Below are positions 1 through 5,578 of a stretch of 40,180 nt of DNA, in pieces (the stretch's first letter is position 1; each line of letters opens with the position of its first letter). The position numbers were made by a program, and so were the translations under genes. The notes beneath the pieces are model-generated. The model saw nothing but the letters and a program-made list of their open reading frames with translations, ran no database searches and was not told the DNA's origin. This DNA is from a virus, in IMG/VR virus record IMGVR_UViG_3300045988_035205, positions 1 through 40,180 of that record, one strand, 5' to 3'.

Positions 1-23
1 GGGTTCGAGTCCCGCTGGAGGCA
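1..23 (+). tRNA. 3' terminal part of a host tRNA gene: T-loop TTCGAGT, T-stem strand CCCGC, acceptor strand TGGAGGC, discriminator A. The body lies upstream of the window and the isotype cannot be determined.
   Basis: GGGTTCGAGTCCCGC matches the T-arm consensus. It is followed by a 7-nt acceptor strand and then an intrinsic terminator at 31-60. Confidence 0.6.
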
Positions 24-41
24 CTTTTGGAAACCGCCAGA
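1..41. repeat. attL core (direct repeat, copy 1)
   Basis: GGGTTCGAGTCCCGCTGGAGGCACTTTTGGAAACCGCCAGA is identical to 40140-40180. The repeat length is limited by the window edges, so it is at least 41 bp. Confidence 0.85.
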
Positions 42-60
42 AATGGCGGTTTTCCTTTTA
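31..60 (+). terminator. Intrinsic terminator of the tRNA gene
   Basis: AAACCGCCA (31-39), GAAA loop and TGGCGGTTT (44-52) form a perfect 9-bp stem, followed by TCCTTTTATTT. Confidence 0.7.
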
Positions 61-85
61 TTTCCAACGGTTTTCAGACTTTCCT

Positions 86-115
86 AATTCACTCCAATTC
101 ACTCCAAATCACGCC
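86..115. repeat. Three tandem 10-bp repeats in the attL arm
   Basis: AATTCACTCC (86-95), AATTCACTCC (96-105) and AAATCACGCC (106-115). Confidence 0.6.
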
Positions 116-130
116 ATTTCTCTACAAAAC

Positions 131-148
131 GTGGGCAAAATGTGGGCA
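131..148. repeat. Paired GTGGGCA repeats (11-bp period) in the left att arm; candidate arm-type integrase site
   Basis: GTGGGCAAAATGTGGGCA is identical over 17 nt to 40060-40077 near the other end of the prophage. Confidence 0.55.
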
Positions 149-153
149 CGGAA

Positions 154-654
154 TCACCAGACCATCGGCAGTCCGAGGCATTGGCGCGCCCACCGTTCCA
201 CGGCACGATTCTCCTCGTCGTCGCCAAGCAGCAACAAGTATCCGGCGGGGTTTCCGTTCTTCGCATGTTCCAGCTGCTTGATTACGCCCCAGTCCTTCAA
301 GGTGGTGATTGAGCGTTTGAATTCTTGGTTTGCAGCGCCTTTCCGCTTTTCGATGTATTCCTGGGCGTTTTCGCTCATGGCCTGCTCTGGCGATATGCCT
401 AGCTTGCCGTAGTCGTAGGCGAATGTTTCGGATCCGCGCTTGTAGTATCGGCATGGGTAGCCCTTGGCTTTTGCGTCAGGGGTTGGGCAGTTACGTTCCG
501 TGTCCCAGTCATAGGTGACGCTGGCCATGTAGGTGAGCAGCAGCAGTGCCGAGTTGCTTGTGGAGAGAGTGCCGTCAGCCCTCATCTTGGAGAACTTGCC
601 CATTTGACCGAGCTGACGGATTGCGTTGAAGTTACGGTAGCCCATTTTTTCCAT
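154..654 (-). CDS. Hypothetical DNA-binding (winged-helix-like) cargo protein. The ORF is open up to 714, but the Met at 654 has the better RBS.
   Basis: The ORF looks coding. GGAGGAAGAC lies directly upstream of the ATG at 654. The function call is weak and rests on general resemblance only. Confidence 0.55.
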   Translation of the reverse strand: MEKMGYRNFNAIRQLGQMGKFSKMRADGTLSTSNSALLLLTYMASVTYDWDTERNCPTPDAKAKGYPCRYYKRGSETFAYDYGKLGISPEQAMSENAQEYIEKRKGAANQEFKRSITTLKDWGVIKQLEHAKNGNPAGYLLLLGDDEENRAVERWARQCLGLPMVW

Positions 655-714
655 GTCTTCCTCCCCACCTGCTGGTAAATTGGCAAGTGGAGAAATGCTC
701 GCGCTTTTCTTCAT

Positions 715-751
715 CCCCTTCGGTGTGACAGCGCCGGAGGGGCTTTTCTTT
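715..751 (+). terminator. Hairpin plus T-tract (plus-strand terminator-like), or a 5'-UTR structure of the minus-strand gene 154-654
   Basis: CCCCTTCGG (715-723) pairs with CCGGAGGGG (734-742) in a 9-bp stem that includes one G:U pair. It is followed by CTTTTCTTT. Confidence 0.3.
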
Positions 752-756
752 ACCTG

Positions 757-840
757 TACTTATTTGTACCATTGGTAGTAGACAAATAAGTACCAACTGG
801 CAGTACGTATAAATACCGAAACCAATACTTATATGTACCA
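757..840. promoter_or_regulatory. AT-rich control region with a repeated 15-bp motif TACTTAT(T/A)TGTACCA
   Basis: Direct copies lie at 757-771 and 826-840. GTACTTATTTGT (756-767) is the inverse complement of ACAAATAAGTAC (782-793). The region lies between the divergent ORFs 154-654(-) and 966(+). Confidence 0.5.
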
Positions 841-965
841 TCTATATAAGTAATATATAGATTGGTAACATTCTTTTTATAGGGGCAATGTGCCAAAAAA
901 AGAAAAAATCAGCACGTCCAATCCACATCTGCGGTAGCTTGAAGCAAAGATGAGAAGGGGAGACA

Positions 966-1196
966 ATGAAGAAACTGATTTACCTCGTGCTATCCGTGCT
1001 GTGCGCAATCTCCGGCATGCCGGACGTCAGCTTCTACGACACTTTGGAAATCTCTCAGACACTCCTGCCGCAGCTTGACCGCCATAGGCTGCTCGACCTC
1101 ATCCGCTATTTCGGCATCGCCAAGACGGAGCGTCATAGGGCCGCCGACGATGCCGCACAGACGGCACAGGTATTCGAGCGCCTGAAGCAAATATAA
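966..1196 (+). pseudogene. 5'-truncated remnant of a DnaQ/PolC-type 3'-5' exonuclease (only the C-terminal ExoIII part is present)
   Basis: The C-terminal FYDTLEISQ...HRAADDAAQTAQVF matches the DTL...H-x4-D ExoIII motif region. No ExoI or ExoII motifs are present, and 76 aa is far too short for the domain. Confidence 0.6.
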
Positions 1197-1226
1197 GCTT
1201 TATAAAGACTTATAAGGCAATATAAA

Positions 1227-1256
1227 AGCCCCACAATAGTGGGGCTTCGTTCGTTT
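1227..1256. terminator. Bidirectional terminator between convergent genes
   Basis: AGCCCCAC (1227-1234), AATA loop and GTGGGGCT (1239-1246), with A-rich sequence upstream and TCGTTCGTTT downstream. Confidence 0.65.
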
Positions 1257-1552
1257 CAGAGGCTGTTCACCGCATTGTAGAATTCCTGCGCGTCCTCGGC
1301 CTTCTTGAATTTCAGGGGCAAGGAGCGCAACGCACTGTACCTCCACGTGACGGTACGCTTCTTGATCGTCACGCCCTGCAAATCAGACACCTTGTAAGCT
1401 TCGGTCTTCTTATACCGGTGCAGGTACGTCGTGCAGACATCCAATTCCAGCCGATTCGCATACAGGCGGATACCCATAAACAACGGATCGTCAAGCCTTT
1501 CGCACTCGTAGATCGCGCCCGGCGCGGGCTGTGGTCTCTTCGCCATGATCAT
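1256..1552 (-). CDS. Hypothetical small protein (possibly a PH-like fold)
   Basis: 98-aa ORF with RBS AAAGGAGAATGATC before the ATG. It belongs to the minus-strand lysogeny-side cluster. Confidence 0.6.
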   Translation of the reverse strand: MIMAKRPQPAPGAIYECERLDDPLFMGIRLYANRLELDVCTTYLHRYKKTEAYKVSDLQGVTIKKRTVTWRYSALRSLPLKFKKAEDAQEFYNAVNSL

Positions 1553-1697
1553 TCTCCTTTGCTTTCCTCTGATTCTATGCTTCAGACGATGCTGACACGC
1601 TCGGCCATGACTTGCCGGAAGTCTCCGAGGACTTGTGTCGTTATGTCGAGTTCATCATGTTGGCACGGAATCATCTGTACATTCTTTTCAAGAGCGC

Positions 1698-2285
1698 CTA
1701 GCCGATTTTTGCATCGAGAAACGCATGATCGCCATCGACATAAGCCCGCTCGATCAACTCATGCGTATCGGCGTAAAGCAGATCGTTGGACGGATACTCC
1801 TTCGCCATCTGACTTTGGATGTCCTGATCGGAAATCGACGGGTCAAGAATCTTCGCCATGATGGGGAATACGCTGCTGATCTCGTCATGCGGCCCATCGA
1901 CGTAGACGCGGAGCATGTCGTTTTTCCCGTATCCGAGCACTGCCCCGTAGACCAGCACGTCCACTGACGATTGGCCGAGTCTTCCGTGGAGAGCGTCTGC
2001 GGTGGAGAAAGCGCCGGTGCGATACTCCGCCCGGTAATAGGGGCCGGTCGAATCGCTCGGCGTGAATTTCTCGACGTCGGTTATCTGCGTCGATGAGTTC
2101 GCGTTGAACTCGTCCACAAAGCTCTGCGCCGTCTTCTCGGCTGCCTGTTGTTGTGGCTTCTCCTGCTGTGCGCTGACGTCCGGCGTCTTGGCCGTCGTGG
2201 AATCCGGCTCCTGCTGGCTTCCGCAGCCACAGACCGTCGCCAGGAGAAGCGTCGCAGCTGTGATGGCAATGATTTTCTTACGCAT
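1698..2285 (-). CDS. Prophage-encoded lipoprotein (candidate superinfection-exclusion or surface factor)
   Basis: The N-terminus MRKKIIAITAATLLLATVCGCGSQ has a signal peptide and a lipobox-like VCGC. It sits directly downstream of immA in the same orientation. Confidence 0.7.
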   Translation of the reverse strand: MRKKIIAITAATLLLATVCGCGSQQEPDSTTAKTPDVSAQQEKPQQQAAEKTAQSFVDEFNANSSTQITDVEKFTPSDSTGPYYRAEYRTGAFSTADALHGRLGQSSVDVLVYGAVLGYGKNDMLRVYVDGPHDEISSVFPIMAKILDPSISDQDIQSQMAKEYPSNDLLYADTHELIERAYVDGDHAFLDAKIG

Positions 2286-2748
2286 TGAAAAACCTTTCTT
2301 TGATTCTATTTGGCGATGTGTTGAGCATGGCTCGGTAGTCCGTGAGCACCTGCGTTGTCACGTTCAGTTCCTCGGCTATCGACCATAGGTCATCGTCGTA
2401 CATGCGTTCCGCCAATGCTAGTTCTGCCGGATCGATGAGCAGGCGCGCGGTCTGCCGCCGTGTACGGATCTCTACTTTCGAACTATTGTTCGCACAGCCG
2501 GTGTCGCCATGCCGCCAATGCAAGAGCTCGTGCGCGAGAGTGCACCGTTTGGCCGTGTATGTGAGCCTGCGGTCGATCAGTATCACCTCGGTCGCGGCGT
2601 CGTAGCAACCCCAAAGGCCATCGGGGAGAATGGCGCTGGATACGGTGACCGGCAGTCCGACAATCGCGCGGCGCATGGCGCCGTATGTCATGCGCCGGTC
2701 GATAGGCAGGTCAGGCAGGCTCGTCGTAATCCGGCCCAGCCTCTCCAT
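2278..2748 (-). CDS. ImmA/IrrE-family Zn metallopeptidase
   Basis: HELLH (HEXXH) motif in the context AHELLHWRHGD. AGGAGG lies 6 nt upstream of the ATG at 2748. The gene is immediately downstream of the XRE repressor gene. Confidence 0.8.
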   Translation of the reverse strand: MERLGRITTSLPDLPIDRRMTYGAMRRAIVGLPVTVSSAILPDGLWGCYDAATEVILIDRRLTYTAKRCTLAHELLHWRHGDTGCANNSSKVEIRTRRQTARLLIDPAELALAERMYDDDLWSIAEELNVTTQVLTDYRAMLNTSPNRIKERFFNA

Positions 2749-3073
2749 TGATGGCCTCCTGCTTGCCAGCGGCGTCATAGGCGGCAAGACCATAACCGCC
2801 TGCCTGCGCTTTCCTCTCGGCGGCTTCGACCGCATGGCGCTTGGAGTCCATCACGATGTCTCCGATGGATACGCCGGTCACTTCGCTGATGCGTTCCAGG
2901 TCACTCAGGTTGAGCGGGAGGCTGTAGTTTGCCCTCGTGTACCAGTAGACCTCGCCGAAGCCGCAGGCCTTGGCGAATTCCTTGATGGTCATGCCGCTTT
3001 GCTTTTGGAGTCTGACGCATTCGTCCATGACCTGCTTGGCGAAATGCGTGACCTCCTGTGCTTTTCTTCCCAT
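2711..3073 (-). CDS. XRE-family CI-like repressor
   Basis: HTH segment MTIKEFAKACGFGEVYWYTRANY. It is divergent from the early operon and paired with ImmA. There is no SD, and a TATAAT lies 7 nt upstream of the ATG, suggesting a leaderless mRNA. Confidence 0.8.
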   Translation of the reverse strand: MGRKAQEVTHFAKQVMDECVRLQKQSGMTIKEFAKACGFGEVYWYTRANYSLPLNLSDLERISEVTGVSIGDIVMDSKRHAVEAAERKAQAGGYGLAAYDAAGKQEAINGEAGPDYDEPA

Positions 3074-3080
3074 GCTTCAA

Positions 3081-3086
3081 ATTATA
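3081..3086 (-). promoter_or_regulatory. -10 element (TATAAT) of the repressor promoter; predicted leaderless transcript
   Basis: The minus strand reads TGCACA-N18-TATAAT-TTGAAGC-ATG. Confidence 0.5.
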
Positions 3087-3160
3087 GCTAATTGCGTAGT
3101 CATATGTGCATAAATCGTGAAGACTACGTAATTACGAATACGAGAAACTTCGTAATTACG
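3087..3160. promoter_or_regulatory. Operator set of the genetic switch
   Basis: The perfect palindrome CGTAATTACG occurs at 3127-3136 and 3151-3160, 24 bp apart. A degenerate copy CTAATTGCG lies at 3088-3096. A TATATT -10-like element lies at 3161-3166 for rightward transcription. Confidence 0.6.
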
Positions 3161-3191
3161 TATATTAAAAACCGTCGAAAGGAAAACCGAG

Positions 3192-3320
3192 ATGTTGAGC
3201 ACCAAGAAGACCAAGACCCCCGACCACTACCCGTGCGGCCACATGCGCGGCCCCGGCTGGCACGACTGGCGCGCCTGCCTCACTAAACAGGGAATCGAGG
3301 AGGATGAATGGCCGGTCTGA
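3192..3320 (+). CDS. Small hypothetical ORF (42 aa), first ORF of the rightward operon
   Basis: AAAGGAAAA lies upstream of the ATG and the codons are GC3-rich. It overlaps the start of the next gene. It is below the 60-aa cutoff of the ORF track. Confidence 0.35.
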   Translation: MLSTKKTKTPDHYPCGHMRGPGWHDWRACLTKQGIEEDEWPV

Positions 3321-3556
3321 CCGAAACCGCCAGCCGTAACCTCGCGGGCGAACTGGCCCGCCATCGCAAAACACGCGAAGACCTCGCCAAAGCGTGGGGA
3401 TGCGCGCCGAAAACAGTGGACACGCGACTCCGCGGCCAAACACCACTCACGACCGACGAAATCGAAAAAGCCGCCCACCTACTCGGCCTCGAAGCCTCCA
3501 CCCTCACCATGGTCCTCATCCAACCAATCGACGCCGCAAGCCAATTCAAAGCCTGA
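3308..3556 (+). CDS. Cro/Xre-like small HTH regulator
   Basis: 82 aa with the HTH-like segment TREDLAKAWGCAPKTVDTRLRG. It is positioned opposite the repressor. Confidence 0.65.
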   Translation: MAGLTETASRNLAGELARHRKTREDLAKAWGCAPKTVDTRLRGQTPLTTDEIEKAAHLLGLEASTLTMVLIQPIDAASQFKA

Positions 3557-3580
3557 AAGCCACAACCAAAGGAGCCTCCG

Positions 3581-3667
3581 ATGAACAGCAAGACCTACAC
3601 CCGAGAACTGCGCAAAGCCTGCGTGGAAGCCGTCTTCGACACGATCGTCAAGGAAGCGCAGAAATGA
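3581..3667 (+). CDS. Small hypothetical ORF (28 aa)
   Basis: AAAGGAG lies 6 nt upstream of the ATG. There is an ATGA stop/start overlap with the next ORF. Confidence 0.35.
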   Translation: MNSKTYTRELRKACVEAVFDTIVKEAQK

Positions 3668-3894
3668 CCAGCCAACTACTCAACCCGCCAAAACCGCCGG
3701 AATCAAGGAAAACCATGAAACCGCGAATCGAACTCATCGGCACTACCGGCTACGCCATCCGCATCCAGGAAGACAAGAGCGGCCAACTCATCGAACTCCA
3801 CGCGGACGGTGGGGAAGTCCTCGCGGACATCCCCGAAAGCACCCTCGACAACTTCGCCTACACGCTCAACGACGACCTAGGGAACATGCGATGA
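3664..3894 (+). CDS. Hypothetical early protein
   Basis: In-frame Met with ATGA coupling. The upstream part of track ORF 3394-3894 overlaps cro and looks non-coding. Confidence 0.55.
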   Translation: MTSQLLNPPKPPESRKTMKPRIELIGTTGYAIRIQEDKSGQLIELHADGGEVLADIPESTLDNFAYTLNDDLGNMR

Positions 3895-4085
3895 GCCAAT
3901 CATTCGAACTGCGAATCATCGAGGACGGCACGCACAGCAGTGACCACAGCTGCCTCATCGGACTCAGATTCGACATGGCAGACGGATACCAGGAACACAT
4001 GCTCAACAAAACCGACCTCATGAACCTCCGCCGCGAAATCGGACGAACACTCAAAGAACTCAACCAGAAGAAGGACAAGAAATGA
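3891..4085 (+). CDS. Hypothetical early protein
   Basis: ATGA-coupled 64-aa ORF. Confidence 0.55.
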   Translation: MSQSFELRIIEDGTHSSDHSCLIGLRFDMADGYQEHMLNKTDLMNLRREIGRTLKELNQKKDKK

Positions 4086-4441
4086 ACATCTTCCAACAAC
4101 GAGAACAAATCCTCGCGAACCTCATCGAAGCATGCAAGGACCACGACGAAGAGAAAACCAACCACCTGCTCAACCAACTCACGGAACTCGACAAGACAGC
4201 CGAACAGAAGCCACTGCCTGAAGAACCGAAGGAGCAGGGCTTCTATGTCACCGCGAATGATGGTCGGCTCCTGCTTAAGGACATCGATGATGACTGGTCG
4301 GCGCGCACATATGATAACTCGGCTAAGCGCATCTGGAATGGCAATAGACAGTATGTGAAGTGGCCGACTGTCTGCGAAACGCTCCCGCCTGAAGCCTTCC
4401 CGCTCAAGCGAGTGAACACGGGAGCTGATGACGATGACTGA
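4082..4441 (+). CDS. Hypothetical early protein
   Basis: ATGA-coupled 119-aa ORF. Confidence 0.6.
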   Translation: MNIFQQREQILANLIEACKDHDEEKTNHLLNQLTELDKTAEQKPLPEEPKEQGFYVTANDGRLLLKDIDDDWSARTYDNSAKRIWNGNRQYVKWPTVCETLPPEAFPLKRVNTGADDDD

Positions 4442-4691
4442 CACGATCACCATTCACGAACAGCAAGGCTTCTCGACCAGCCGCATCCTGTCGACCAGCA
4501 TCCTCGCCAGCACATTCGAAATCAACAAGAAAGTGGACAAGACGATCATCCGACTGAGCCGGTACCTCGATGGAAGTTTCGTTCTGACGTTGAACGGCTC
4601 GCGTGCGGAACTCACCGCCGAGGAACTTGACAGAATCGGCGAACTGTTCCGCACGCAGGCCCGGAACGTGATCAACAGTCGGGAAGATTGA
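4428..4691 (+). CDS. Hypothetical early protein
   Basis: 87-aa ORF overlapping the previous stop. Confidence 0.55.
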   Translation: MTMTDTITIHEQQGFSTSRILSTSILASTFEINKKVDKTIIRLSRYLDGSFVLTLNGSRAELTAEELDRIGELFRTQARNVINSRED

Positions 4692-4899
4692 GCGACTGCT
4701 TCAGCATCACGGCAATGAAGGTCGTCTCACCTTGTGGTAGGAGTTGGAAGCCGACCGGCTCCCAACCGTCCATCTGCTCGGCCAGTTCAGGCGTCGAGCC
4801 AAGGAAATCAAGGGTAAGACTCCTTACGGCGCCGACCTCGGCAGGAAAAAGCTGTGAACTGGCGACGTGGAACGTGACCATCCGATACTCCGTTTTCAT
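4672..4899 (-). CDS. Hypothetical small protein, opposite orientation to the early operon (DUF4177-like by eye)
   Basis: GGGAGGTGA RBS lies 7 nt upstream of the ATG. MKTEYRMV...GWEPVGF resembles the DUF4177 pattern, but this is unverified. Confidence 0.55.
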   Translation of the reverse strand: MKTEYRMVTFHVASSQLFPAEVGAVRSLTLDFLGSTPELAEQMDGWEPVGFQLLPQGETTFIAVMLKQSLNLPDC

Positions 4900-4935
4900 C
4901 CAAAATCACCTCCCTTCAAATGACAAGAAGACATC

Positions 4936-5139
4936 ATGGACAACAATATCGAACCACGGCGGAAGCCGAACTACCTGCTGCGCCGCATCCTCTTCACGCT
5001 CGCCAGCATCGGCCTCATCTCCAGCCTGACACTCATGCTCACATGGCATGGCGGTGACACCACCGCCGCGCTCATGGTGGAAGGCGTGTACATCGCCACC
5101 GCATTGTGGCTGATCGTCAGATTCGCGCCACGCGACTAA
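4936..5139 (+). CDS. Small membrane protein (two predicted TM helices)
   Basis: Hydrophobic segments LLRRILFTLASIGLISSLTLMLTW and VYIATALWLIVRF. Confidence 0.55.
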   Translation: MDNNIEPRRKPNYLLRRILFTLASIGLISSLTLMLTWHGGDTTAALMVEGVYIATALWLIVRFAPRD

Positions 5140-5578
5140 AAGACTTCCCACCAGCCGACAGTCCAACAAAACAAACCAAATCTGGGATATTTTGCGCGGA
5201 CATCCACGTTCACTCATGTCGGCTGGCGGGAACCATAACTGAATATCGATTATTATCCACGCGCCGACCACATCCTGCTTCACATACACTGTCGGCGCAC
5301 TGGTTGGGCGACGGTTCGCCCGCCCAAGGATTCCACTCTTCTCTCTCTATCAAGAAACGCGGGCACTCCGGTGCCAGCAAACCCTTTCAAGTCCGCCTGA
5401 CGGCTTTCAGTCGCCGTCGGCCACGCCACCGGCCGTGAACACGTTCAGGTCTGTGTTCCAACGGTCAAAGGGGCGTTCGGAATCCACGGACGGCATCGGT
5501 CCGACTCCGATGCCAGCCACTCAGCCCCATCCACTCGTCATGGTGGGGCACACAACGCCAACGAGCAAAGGACAACCA

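Noticed and set aside
27-412. Plus-strand ORFs 27-281 and 131-412 at the left end.
   Set aside because: They run through the tRNA terminator and att-arm repeats and lie antisense to the better-supported gene 154-654. The GKMWA similarity to the integrase C-terminus is explained by the shared 17-nt repeat.
843-854. 12-nt match TATATAAGTAAT between the left AT-rich island (843-854) and the int promoter region (38868-38879). Also GGCACGGAATCA at 146-157 and 1662-1673.
   Set aside because: Many 12-nt matches are expected by chance in 40 kb on two strands. The first is also low-complexity AT-rich sequence.
966-1196. Intact small exonuclease gene.
   Set aside because: Only the ExoIII motif region is present. 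A functional DEDD domain needs ExoI and ExoII, so I called it a remnant.
5435-5578. GTG start at 5435 for the pentapeptide-repeat protein, as in the ORF track.
   Set aside because: There is no RBS, and the 48-aa extension is low-complexity. The Met at 5579 is preceded by AAAGGA. I kept it as an alternative only.
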